Of a stretch of DNA of 20,041 nt, positions 9,602-18,640 are shown one piece after another. This stretch comes from Pseudothermotoga sp. Lineage in GTDB: Bacteria; Thermotogota; Thermotogae; Thermotogales; DSM-5069. Below the pieces are notes generated by a model. The model did not search any database, was not told the origin of the DNA, and saw only the letters and a program-made list of their open reading frames with translations. Position 1 is the stretch's first letter, and each line of letters begins with the position of its first letter. Location of the stretch: assembly GCA_031962025.1 (NCBI GenBank), contig JAVRKW010000018.1, one strand, 5' to 3'. The translations under genes and the position numbers were made by a program.

Positions 9602-10335
9602 TCGTACTTCAAAAAATCATTGAGTCTTTTCTTCTTCCAATTGGATTTTTCGTGACGCTGTTTTTGTTAACAGGTATTTTTTGGTTTAAAAAAAGTAGAA
9701 GCAGGGCGATTTTTATGATATCACTTGCGCTTTGCTTCTACTTTCTCTCAAGTGTTCCTGGTGTTCTAGTACTTGTTTTGCCTCTTGAAAGATCTTACAA
9801 AGCCCATGTTCCGCAACAGGTTGACGCTGTCATTGTGCTTGGCGGAGGTGTTGTCAAGACACCAGATGGCTATCGGCTGTCACAGAGTGCCCTGGGAAGG
9901 CTGGTTGAAGGTGTTCAACTTGCAAAGAAATTCGATTCTTTTTTGATAGTATCTGGTGGTACATTACCGCTGTTAAACCAGCCACCAGAAGCATTGATTA
10001 TGAAGGATTTGGCTATTTCACTTGGTTTGCCAGAAAATTTGATAATAGCCGAAACAGATGCAAGAAACACTCTGGAAAATGCGATTTTTACATCCAGAAT
10101 CTGCAAAGAAAAAGGTTTTAAGAACGTGGTCGTTGTAACTTCGGCAATTCACATGAAACGCGCTGTTTATTCTTTCTTTAAAGCTCAATTCACCGTATAT
10201 CCATATCCGACCGACTATCTTTACAACCACTCTGAGTTTGGCTGGATTGATTATTTACCAAACAAAGATGCTCTGACGGCAAATTTGTCGGCAGTTCACG
10301 AAATAGTGGGTATCCTCTGGTACAGGTTCAGATGA
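9598..10335 (+). CDS. YdcF/DUF218 family membrane-anchored protein (ElyC-like)
   Basis: N-terminal TM segments, VIVLGGG, IVSGG, EA..M, RNTLENA, VTSAIHMKRA and HEIVG. Confidence 0.9.
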   Translation: MIVLQKIIESFLLPIGFFVTLFLLTGIFWFKKSRSRAIFMISLALCFYFLSSVPGVLVLVLPLERSYKAHVPQQVDAVIVLGGGVVKTPDGYRLSQSALGRLVEGVQLAKKFDSFLIVSGGTLPLLNQPPEALIMKDLAISLGLPENLIIAETDARNTLENAIFTSRICKEKGFKNVVVVTSAIHMKRAVYSFFKAQFTVYPYPTDYLYNHSEFGWIDYLPNKDALTANLSAVHEIVGILWYRFR

Positions 10336-10336
10336 T

Positions 10337-10699
10337 TTACAGCAACCACGGAAGAAAAAAATGTACAAAAAACCATCCTACAACAAGAAAATCTGTGTAT
10401 CTGTGCAGAAAAACCCATCTTCTTTTGAGAATTTTTCTAAGTAGATAATACAAAAACAGTAAATTTATGCCAAACCACAAAATCCAACCCGTGTGGATTT
10501 CAAAAGCACCAAGTGCCAGATAACCATGTGTGAAACCTGTTATGATCAGAGCTAATCCAGTGTATCTGTGCAAAATTGAACCGATTCTCAAAAATTTTCT
10601 GGCACTTTTCACACCTTTGAGAATTCTTCTCAATGGAAAGAGAGAAAAATTATAAAAAAGTAAAACAACACTCAGCCACGCAAATATTTTATAAGCCAT
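10337..10699 (-). CDS. Small hypothetical membrane protein with His residues in TM helices (possibly heme-binding)
   Basis: Four hydrophobic helices with LHRYTG, THG, LHRY and VHF. Confidence 0.6.
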   Translation of the reverse strand: MAYKIFAWLSVVLLFYNFSLFPLRRILKGVKSARKFLRIGSILHRYTGLALIITGFTHGYLALGAFEIHTGWILWFGINLLFLYYLLRKILKRRWVFLHRYTDFLVVGWFFVHFFLPWLL

Positions 10700-10703
10700 A
10701 TAC

Positions 10704-11267
10704 CTACTCGACTGCGTACTCAGAAGGCATGCATATGATTTTGCCGATTTTCAATTCCAGCATTCTGGATGTGTTTGCCGGCTTGATCACCATTGCTGTG
10801 TCAAGACCCTTGGAGCTGCCGGCACAGGCGACTATCCATTCACTGCATTTTATCAAACCAGCATCTGCAGCCATGAGGCTCATTTCCACGCAGACCTTGA
10901 CTCCCTGTGAAAATAACCTCAGAGTGTTTGCCACGACTTCAGCAATGTGAATGCCGCTGTACTCTCTTCTGAAAGATCTTTCAATCCCGGAAAGAACATG
11001 AGTCGCAGAAAGAACTTTGTGTCCTTTATTTATGAGTTCCTGTCTGATCTGATCTGAAAATTCCTGCTGATCAACTTCCTTAAAGCCGTAATGGTGTGTG
11101 ACCACAATCAGTTGAAAATCAGCCGGAATCATTCTCAAAGCTTTTTCTGCGCTGTATCCGCGTGTTGAAGATATCAATAATTTTTTACCGCACTTACTGG
11201 CTTCTTCAATGGCAAGCTGTAAGGTTTTTTCTGTGTTTTCTTCGCCTTTTTTTGGAAATAGTACCAT
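10704..11267 (-). CDS. Pyruvate kinase C-terminal-like domain protein (COG1751-like)
   Basis: GEENTEKTL, SSTRG, VVTHHYGF, HVLSGIER and QGVKVCVEMSLMAADAG. Confidence 0.85.
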   Translation of the reverse strand: MVLFPKKGEENTEKTLQLAIEEASKCGKKLLISSTRGYSAEKALRMIPADFQLIVVTHHYGFKEVDQQEFSDQIRQELINKGHKVLSATHVLSGIERSFRREYSGIHIAEVVANTLRLFSQGVKVCVEMSLMAADAGLIKCSEWIVACAGSSKGLDTAMVIKPANTSRMLELKIGKIICMPSEYAVE

Positions 11268-11371
11268 CTATTCATTCCTCCTTACACAAAGATTTTACCA
11301 TTATCATTTAGTCTCAAACACGAATAATTTGGTTTATACTCTCTGAAGACTGAAAGATGGGAGGAAAGTTT

Positions 11372-11842
11372 ATGTTCAGATCTATGAGAAGGTCTGAAAG
11401 ACAGCTTTCTACAAAACAAGCCTTTGAGATATTGGAAAAGGGTCAGTATGGTGTACTCTCAACCTGGGATGGTGAATATCCATATTGCGTGCCTGTTAAT
11501 TACGTGTTTGTTGATGGATGCATATACTTTCACACGGCTCTTGATGGTCATAAGGTCGATAACATAAAAAAATACCCAAAGGTATGCTTTAATGTGGTGA
11601 CAAAAAGCGATATTCTTGCAAGCAGGCTTTCCACAGAGTATGAAAGTGTAATTGTCTTTGGCAGAGCGGAGTTTGTGCAAAAAGAAGAAGAAAAAAAGCT
11701 GGCATTGCGCAATCTTGTAAAGAAACTTGCCCCTGCTTATGAAGATGAAGGTGAAAAATGCATCCTGTCGATTATGGATCAAACAGGAGTTGTCTGTATA
11801 CACATAGACCACATAACTGCTAAGGCTAATTTTGGAAAGTAG
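11372..11842 (+). CDS. Pyridoxamine 5'-phosphate oxidase-like flavin-binding protein (NimA-like)
   Basis: MRRSERQ, GVLS...PYCVPVNY, IYFH...GHK and YESVIVFG; GGAGG site before ATG 11372. Confidence 0.88.
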   Translation: MFRSMRRSERQLSTKQAFEILEKGQYGVLSTWDGEYPYCVPVNYVFVDGCIYFHTALDGHKVDNIKKYPKVCFNVVTKSDILASRLSTEYESVIVFGRAEFVQKEEEKKLALRNLVKKLAPAYEDEGEKCILSIMDQTGVVCIHIDHITAKANFGK

Positions 11843-11854
11843 TATTTGACTATT

Positions 11855-13288
11855 TTAAATCCAGAGTTCTTCTATTCTCAATGCTTCAAAATAAGAATTA
11901 TTGTATTTGCCGTTGTACTGGTAAATAGATCCACTTGAAAAATGTCCAAGAGCCATGCCAAAAGCAAAGGCTATAGGTACAGGAACACTCAAAAAGAAAT
12001 GAAAACGTTCAAAGTGTCTTTTGGTTTTTACAAATTGGGTTAAACTCATTAACTCATTTACTTCATCTGTCCAGTCTCCAGTAGCTATTTCTCCTAAATT
12101 TTTGTGGAAAATTTTGATTACCACTGCATTCAGCTTCTTTTGTCTGATGAATTCTTCAGCATCGGCTGACGGAGCATGTGATGCAAATTGAATTATGAAA
12201 GCACAGTTTTTACCATCACCGGATTGCTCAAAGTAAATCTTTTTGAATGAATTTATATCTTTCAATTTTTTGATTGTTCTTATATCTTTTCTCAGATCTA
12301 TTACTTTGTGATATTCATTTCCCTGATAATGATACAAAACTACAGGATTCTGTGACCCAAGCATAATTCCTATACCCATCGCAAGTGAAGCGGGCGCAAG
12401 CAAAGAGATATGTGGAATCCCACCATTACAGATGATTGCGTCTATTATTTCGTGTATTCTTCTGGCTTGTTTTACAAAGTCTTTCTTTCTAAGACTTGAT
12501 GACTGGTAAAGCAACGGTGCGCCGGATATTTTTTCAAAAACTTCTCTTTTTGAATGATTTTCCACTTTGCTGATGAGCTTTTGAAAGGAATGTTCTAAAT
12601 ATTCAGTGCTTCTTTTGTCTGAAAAAGATGCCAAAAACGGTACTTCATGATTTTCTTTTGTCAGAAAGTCCAGAACTTCTATGGCATTCGAGAAATCTCT
12701 CTGGGTGAACAGAATCTTTCCAGATTTTTTGCAAGCCTCTTCTTTCAATTGAACAAATGCCGGTGGTTTGATATTTAAATTTTCTTCAAGACCTCCGGTG
12801 AAAACCCATGGTTTGTCGTGTTTTTTGCATTTCAAAGCAATGTATAGTGGCAACATAAAAGAGTCTTCAACAATATCTGTATCGAAGAAAACCGACAGAT
12901 TTTCTTTTAAAATCCGACAAATTTTTTCAACGTGCGTTGACACAGCCTGCACATTGGTAAAAAGTTTTCCGGTTTTCACAGCAATGCCGTGTGCTAAACA
13001 AGCTTTACCGTTTAGAACCACCGGGAATTCGAATTTCACATAATCGTTGCACAGTATTTCACGGCAGTGCTCCGTGTCTATGTTCAAAAACTTTGATAAT
13101 ATTGCACAGTTTGAATAATTTTTGTCTCTTGAATAAATGAGTATTTCATAAACAAGTTTCGGATAACTGGGTATCTTGTCTTTAATACCTTCGACTGTTT
13201 GTATTGCTTCGTCTATATTTATGTTTCCCTCTTTTAAAGCAAGTATGAAGTAATCTGGGTTGTTTTCTAAGAGCTCAGAAAATCTCAT
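11855..13288 (-). CDS. calpL: CRISPR-associated Lon-like protease fused to SAVED (CalpL-like), 477 aa
   Basis: Lon-like Ser-Lys dyad (EDS143FMLP, FTGG, QLK182EE) followed by two SAVED-like halves (HISLLAPASLAMGIG...LYHYQ and HFFLSVPVPIAFAFG...IYQY). ATG 13288 has a GGAGG site, whereas the longer 13501 ORF overlaps the opposite gene. Confidence 0.85.
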   Translation of the reverse strand: MRFSELLENNPDYFILALKEGNINIDEAIQTVEGIKDKIPSYPKLVYEILIYSRDKNYSNCAILSKFLNIDTEHCREILCNDYVKFEFPVVLNGKACLAHGIAVKTGKLFTNVQAVSTHVEKICRILKENLSVFFDTDIVEDSFMLPLYIALKCKKHDKPWVFTGGLEENLNIKPPAFVQLKEEACKKSGKILFTQRDFSNAIEVLDFLTKENHEVPFLASFSDKRSTEYLEHSFQKLISKVENHSKREVFEKISGAPLLYQSSSLRKKDFVKQARRIHEIIDAIICNGGIPHISLLAPASLAMGIGIMLGSQNPVVLYHYQGNEYHKVIDLRKDIRTIKKLKDINSFKKIYFEQSGDGKNCAFIIQFASHAPSADAEEFIRQKKLNAVVIKIFHKNLGEIATGDWTDEVNELMSLTQFVKTKRHFERFHFFLSVPVPIAFAFGMALGHFSSGSIYQYNGKYNNSYFEALRIEELWI

Positions 13289-13442
13289 GTAAAAACCCTC
13301 CGTAGAAATTTTAGTCCAATTATGAGCTGTATTTTTATCAATTTGCAAAATTAATGGAAAATGGTTTAAAATATTTTCGAAGAAAGCCAAAATGCAAATC
13401 TTGATATTATATTCAAATAGTTTTTTCGTGGGGGTGTATGGT
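13289..13442. promoter_or_regulatory. Divergent AT-rich intergenic control region between calpL and the calpS operon
   Basis: Lies between two divergent starts. Candidate + strand sigma70-like site TTGCAA (13343) N18 TAAAAT (13367). Confidence 0.4.
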
Positions 13443-14123
13443 TTGTCTTGTTCTTTCTCAGAAGAATGCGCAAAGCTCTTAAGAGATAAGACTCTCTCCA
13501 AAAAGTTTTACGATCATCTTTTAGAGATATTTAGAAAGGTCATTCACAAATTTTCAGCGGTAAATTGGAAAAACATAGATGATCTTGCCGAAGAATTTCT
13601 ACAGGATTTTTGTGAAAAACTCGAAGTATTTTGCGAGCGAATTTTAAAAAATCTCGATCAGATAAAATCGATCGATGCTTACGTTATTCAATCTATATCT
13701 AACTTTTCGTTGAAAAAGTTAGAAAGACTTTCAGGTAAAGAAGGAGAGGTTTTATCACTCGATCGGGAAATTGATGAATCGTCTGGAAACGAAACGTTCA
13801 TAGAGATAATCGGATATGAGAATTTTGATTCTTTTGCAGAGATTATAGCAGAAGATATATACGAACAATTTCTACAAGAGTGCAATAAGAAAAAAACAGA
13901 CATGAGAAGATATATTTGCTTTTTTATTTATCAGGAATTGTATGGGGATGATAAGTTTGCAGATTCTTCCTGGTCAGACAGTAACAAATACAAGATAAGG
14001 GAAAGAACAAGGAAATTCATAAAAGAATTTGCTGAGAAATTTTCCTTAGAAGAAAAGGTACTGGGTCTGGTATTAACAAAGTTCATGTCAGAGATCTGTG
14101 AGAAGATGCGTCTATATAGATGA
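13443..14123 (+). CDS. Sigma70/ECF-like sigma factor (CalpS-like)
   Basis: Region-2-like DDLAEEFLQDF...IDAYVIQSISNF, SLDREID linker and C-terminal helical/HTH-like region. Context next to Lon-SAVED. Probable TTG start at 13443 after GGGGTG (the ORF track start is 13392). Confidence 0.7.
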   Translation: MSCSFSEECAKLLRDKTLSKKFYDHLLEIFRKVIHKFSAVNWKNIDDLAEEFLQDFCEKLEVFCERILKNLDQIKSIDAYVIQSISNFSLKKLERLSGKEGEVLSLDREIDESSGNETFIEIIGYENFDSFAEIIAEDIYEQFLQECNKKKTDMRRYICFFIYQELYGDDKFADSSWSDSNKYKIRERTRKFIKEFAEKFSLEEKVLGLVLTKFMSEICEKMRLYR

Positions 14124-14169
14124 AACAAGATGAATCCAAATCGAAGTTCTTAATTTGGGGGTCATAAAG

Positions 14170-14943
14170 ATGCCATTACTTGAAGATTTCATGAGAATTT
14201 ACAAAGAATCGATGAAAGGTTTTAATGAGGCAAATCCTATAAAAATTTGTAAAAGTGTGAATCTTTCAGTATCTGATGTATTTGTAATTTACACAACACA
14301 CCTTCCTATTTATGGCGTAGTAATTGAAGAAACAAAAGGCAGGATAATTTTTGCTTATCTCACAACTTTTCTTGCACTTGCTTCGGTTGAAGCAGTTGAA
14401 ATGAGGATAAACAACCTTTTTGATACTGTCAAGTTGACCCATCTAACATTTGAAATGGATATTGAGACTGCAAAGCCTTTTATAGAGAAATTGGGATCGG
14501 TCAAAGATCTGCAGATTTTAAAAGAAAATCTAAAAAGACTTGAAAAGATCGATTACGGAAAAATACACAGAGAGTTCTTTGATACTGAAAAAAATCGAGT
14601 AGAAATTATTCTTCAATTAATGAAGGAGAACGACAAGATCATTTATGTATCATCAGGCGTCTTAGAAAAATTTGAACAGTTTGCACAAAGCAGAGCTGTT
14701 GCAGCAACTGAAAAAAAGACGATCAGGCTAAATTGTGCGATAGCAGTGTGTGAAGACCTTGGCTTGCGTTTTTTCTTCGCAGATGAATGCAAGAACAAGA
14801 AAGGCAAGATATACCTGCTCGGTGAACTAATCTTCAGTGGGCATTTAAAAAGTGGATTGTTAATTAGAAATCTTGGAAATTTGGTTCATCATATCTCTGA
14901 ACAAACAATGAAAATTGAAATTGATAATCAGAACAATATTTAA
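14170..14943 (+). CDS. Putative anti-sigma factor and protease target (CalpT-like), 257 aa
   Basis: Directly follows the sigma-like gene and is similar in size to CalpT. Two-part layout with a RAVAAT linker at residues 175-180 before a small C-terminal beta-rich domain. ATG 14170 follows GGGGGT. Confidence 0.65.
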   Translation: MPLLEDFMRIYKESMKGFNEANPIKICKSVNLSVSDVFVIYTTHLPIYGVVIEETKGRIIFAYLTTFLALASVEAVEMRINNLFDTVKLTHLTFEMDIETAKPFIEKLGSVKDLQILKENLKRLEKIDYGKIHREFFDTEKNRVEIILQLMKENDKIIYVSSGVLEKFEQFAQSRAVAATEKKTIRLNCAIAVCEDLGLRFFFADECKNKKGKIYLLGELIFSGHLKSGLLIRNLGNLVHHISEQTMKIEIDNQNNI

Positions 14944-14988
14944 ATAAAAAGGATGACATTATGAACAGATTATTAAGGGGGTTTTTTA

Positions 14989-16425
14989 ATGACAAATTTG
15001 ATTTATCAAGTTGGGCGGATCACAGGTGAACCAAAAACATTTTTTATATCTTCGCAGCAGGGCAAATTTTGTCTTGAATCCGAGCTTTCAAGTTTCTTTC
15101 TCAAAGAGTATATGAAATCAAAACAGGAAAGGGCAGAAGTAGTTTTGATTTACCCTGTTAGCATACTTCTCAACAAAGGACTTCCTGAAATGTTGGGAAA
15201 AAGAAATCTGAATGATTCCAGGCAAAAAGTTCAAAAAATTCTTGAAGAACCTGATAAATACTTGAACTCTCCTGATTCCTACATCCGTGAAATACCATGT
15301 GAAAAAAATAGAGACGACATACTCGTTGTTCATTCTTTAGGTACTTACGCTGGTATCACACTCAATGGTTTTTATGATGACATTGTTCTGGAGTTGTTTT
15401 TCGATATGGTAAAAAGATACCTTAAATATAAGCAAGTACAAGCCATCTATCTTGATATCTCAAGTGGTCTGAACATATATGTATCTGCGATGATTGAAGC
15501 AGCAAGGTATTTCTCAACATTTGTTACACTCATGAACTGGAAAAATGATACTAATAGTGCCGAAGATGATACTAGTAACATTCCAGAAATAATCATAACT
15601 TTCTCAGACCCTATAATCGGAAACGATTCTTCAGAATACGAAATACATCTTCAAAAACAGATATATTTAGAGACATTCATGTCACCGCTTTTGTCATACT
15701 TTAAAAAGACTTATCAAAGTAAAACTCTAAGCGAAGACGAATTGAACAAATTATTGAAAGATAACATCTATTCTGATAAAAATGAAAGACCATTAAAAAA
15801 TCAACTTAAAGAGAAATTATTGAAAAGTCTTCTGATTTATTCTTCAATTACAAACTGTACACCTTTGTACTTATATTATATAGACAGGCATACCGATCAT
15901 GGAGTTTTCAAAGAAATCGAAACAATAATTGATTACGCAGAGAAAAAACTGTACCTCAATTACAGAGAATCGCCGAAATTAAACAAAGAGTTTTACATAG
16001 AAGTAATATGCCAACTTGCACTCTATGCTGGTATGCTCAAGATATTGAAAAATAAAATTGAAAAATTTGACCAAGACACTGGTATAAGATTGAAAGATCT
16101 TGGAGAAACTTTTGAAAAAATACTAAGCAATATTGGCTTCAATCGTGGTCTGATATTTTTGAAAAACGAAGTGGATATCACAGAAAAGAATATCAATGAA
16201 TATTTTGAAAAAAATAAAAATGAGACAGAAAAGTGGATCAAGTTACGTGAAATCAAATTCCCAGATTCTAAAAGCACTCTGAATAAGAGAAATTTCATTG
16301 CTCACATTGGTTTAGCAGCAGAAATAACTGAAATAAAAAAAGATAAAGATGGAGAGATCTATGTCAGATACAGTGAAACCATAGAAATGAATAAATTAGA
16401 CAAATTTCTACTGGAAAGTAATTGA
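14989..16425 (+). CDS. csx1: Csx1-type CARF-HEPN cyclic oligoadenylate-activated RNase (DxTHG/TM1812-like)
   Basis: IYLDISSGLNIY is a variant of the DxTHG CARF motif; C-terminal HEPN RxxxxH motif RNFIAH at 16288-16305. Confidence 0.85.
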   Translation: MTNLIYQVGRITGEPKTFFISSQQGKFCLESELSSFFLKEYMKSKQERAEVVLIYPVSILLNKGLPEMLGKRNLNDSRQKVQKILEEPDKYLNSPDSYIREIPCEKNRDDILVVHSLGTYAGITLNGFYDDIVLELFFDMVKRYLKYKQVQAIYLDISSGLNIYVSAMIEAARYFSTFVTLMNWKNDTNSAEDDTSNIPEIIITFSDPIIGNDSSEYEIHLQKQIYLETFMSPLLSYFKKTYQSKTLSEDELNKLLKDNIYSDKNERPLKNQLKEKLLKSLLIYSSITNCTPLYLYYIDRHTDHGVFKEIETIIDYAEKKLYLNYRESPKLNKEFYIEVICQLALYAGMLKILKNKIEKFDQDTGIRLKDLGETFEKILSNIGFNRGLIFLKNEVDITEKNINEYFEKNKNETEKWIKLREIKFPDSKSTLNKRNFIAHIGLAAEITEIKKDKDGEIYVRYSETIEMNKLDKFLLESN

Positions 16426-16470
16426 TCAACTGTCAGAAAAATGCGATGGGTGAGATCATATTAAAGGGGT

Positions 16471-17622
16471 GTGATACAGGTGAATTACAAAGATACGCTT
16501 ATATGCACGGTTGGAGCAAGTCTTTGGACTAATGTAACCAAGCCAAATGCTCCTGAACAGCTAAAACAATTGATTCAGTGTAAAAACATATCTGACGCTG
16601 TTCAAATCTTAAAAAAGATAACCAACCCTCATGACAGAATCTTGGGAGCAGAGATCAATTCTGTTGCAAGTCTGGTTGAAAAAGGTTTCCTTAGTTCCAG
16701 ACAGCAGATGTTTTTACTGGTTTCTGATACTGAAAAAGGGGAGTTTATTGGTGATCTTTTGAAGGAGTATTTTTTGAAGAATGAAAACGGTCTTGACTTT
16801 AAAAGTGTTGAGGTTGTCAAAGTAGATAAGCTCAATGATGAGAATCGATTTGAATTTAAATTCCATGGTTTAAGAAATCTGGTAAGAGAAATGGCAAATT
16901 GTGTGAAAGATAGTCTTGGTAGATGTGTCATAAATGCAACTGGTGGTTACAAAGCTGCTATAGCTTATGCTGTATTACTCGGACAGGCTCTGAATGTTCC
17001 TGTTTACTATCTTTTTGAAACTTTTGACGAGATAATAGAACTTCTACCAATTCCCGTCAGATTCGATCCAGATCTATACAGAAAATATTCAAAGATCTTT
17101 TCAATGCTTGAATACATGAATGTTGTTGAAGAAACAAGATTTTTGAAAAAGTTCAGCTTTGCGAGCTGGGCAAGTGTACCGGAAGAAATAAAGATATTTG
17201 TTGAGAGAGAGCCGATAGACGCACAATATCAGCTGGCATTGAATCCTCTTGGACAAATTTATCTGGAAAGCGTTGAATGGGATTGTTCAACTATTGATGA
17301 TCAAGATTATAAAACAAGCAAGCCTTTTTCAGAGAAAATAACAGGTTCTGGAGGACATGCAATAAAAATCAGAGAATACAACGAGAAAATCATTCAGGAT
17401 ATAGCCAAACTTCCATGGGTTGAGCTTGTCAGTATGACTGGAAGCTCAGAAATTGAAAGTGGGGATGCCTTTAGAGTTTGGGTAGAAAAAGATCATCTCA
17501 AGATGGCTTTAAACAGTAAAAAAGGAACAGGTTTTTATATCATTCAGACTACAATCAAAAATCAGAAATTTCTTGAGTGTGTGAAAAAGAAGATAGAAGA
17601 AATTCTTCAAGAAAGGAGGTGA
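16471..17622 (+). CDS. APE2256-family CARF protein with wHTH-like linker and extra C-terminal domain (DUF2103/RelE-like?)
   Basis: ICTVGAS, GAEINS, SDTEKG, GLRNLV, INATGGYK and VYYLFETFDEIIELLP match APE2256/CARF7 motifs. About 100 additional C-terminal residues follow. Confidence 0.8.
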   Translation: MIQVNYKDTLICTVGASLWTNVTKPNAPEQLKQLIQCKNISDAVQILKKITNPHDRILGAEINSVASLVEKGFLSSRQQMFLLVSDTEKGEFIGDLLKEYFLKNENGLDFKSVEVVKVDKLNDENRFEFKFHGLRNLVREMANCVKDSLGRCVINATGGYKAAIAYAVLLGQALNVPVYYLFETFDEIIELLPIPVRFDPDLYRKYSKIFSMLEYMNVVEETRFLKKFSFASWASVPEEIKIFVEREPIDAQYQLALNPLGQIYLESVEWDCSTIDDQDYKTSKPFSEKITGSGGHAIKIREYNEKIIQDIAKLPWVELVSMTGSSEIESGDAFRVWVEKDHLKMALNSKKGTGFYIIQTTIKNQKFLECVKKKIEEILQERR

Positions 17623-17626
17623 ATAT

Positions 17627-18640
17627 GTGGATAGTGAACGCGAAGTTCTGGTAATAGGATCACTAATACACGACATAGGGAAACTCGTAAGAAGAGCCGG
17701 GATTGTAGACCAGAAGCAAAAACACACTCTTGCCGGTGGAGTTTTCGTTAAAGATGTCGATGTAAACGGCAAAAAGATCTTTGCTCCATATCAAAAATTC
17801 ATCTTCAACCATCACGAATCAGATCTCGATGACTCTGAACCACTCACATGGTATGTATGCTATGCAGATAACATTGCAAGTTCTGAGAGACAGGTTAAAC
17901 AGGATGAAGGTTTCGAAGAAAAAAGGACACTCGAAAACGTTCTTGCAAGAGTAGGAAGAGATGAAGAAAGTATTGATTCTTATTTCAAGCCTGTTGCAAT
18001 AGGAGAGATCGACTGTGTAACCAACGAAAAGACAGTACATGAGTCGGATTTCGAGAAAATATACACAGCGCTTGTAAACGATGCAAAAAGATTACATCTG
18101 AATGCGGAAAATTTGCGGTTCTTGCTCTACAAGTACCTTTCTTTTGTGCCACAATCGACACAAAAACAAGGAATTATGGACATATCACTCTATGATCATT
18201 TAAAAGTTACTGCAATGGTTGCACTTTCGATTTATGATTATGTCAAAGCAAGAGGTATTGAAATCAAAAAGTATGACGATCTAAAAAAATTACAAGATGA
18301 AAAGGTTCTTTTGCTCGTTGAAGGGGATGTTTCTGGAATTCAGAGATTCATCAGTGAGGTTTCGTCAAAAGGAGCGCTTCGGTCTTTCAGGGGACGCAGT
18401 GTCTTCATAGACTTATTTCAAGAGGTCATCGTGGACAGAATTCTTCAAGAAACTGGATTTTTCAGAACAAATGTACATTTTGTTGGCGGAGGACATTTCT
18501 ATCTGATCATATCCAACACAGATCAAAACATTGAAAAGCTCAGGAAAATTCAAAGGGAAATTAACCAGTGGCTTTTGGATATGTCAACAGAATTAAAACT
18601 CGTAGTTGAGTTTGAACCAATGACACTCAGGTCCGAATGA
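17627..18640 (+). pseudogene. cas10: 3'-truncated type III-A-like Cas10/Csm1 (HD domain and part of Palm1 only)
   Basis: LIHDIGK HD motif, NHHE, YADNIASSER, DISLYDHLK, GDVSGIQRFI, LRSFRGRS and GGGHFY. At 337 aa it is much shorter than a typical Cas10 and lacks the GGDD Palm2. The ORF runs into the first CRISPR repeat, whose TGA serves as the stop codon. Confidence 0.9.

Noticed and set aside
907..11812. Numerous short ORFs antisense to or nested within housekeeping genes
   Set aside because: They are shadow ORFs of well-supported genes and have no recognisable motifs.
13289..13501. 71-aa N-terminal extension of Lon-SAVED overlapping the sigma-like ORF
   Set aside because: A good GGAGG-ATG lies at 13288, and a plausible GGGGTG-TTG lies at 13443 on the other strand. 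Using these starts removes the overlap.
15544..15579. Short duplication in csx1 (ATGATACTA twice; NDTNS/DDTSN)
   Set aside because: It is an in-frame low-complexity loop insertion with no evident function.
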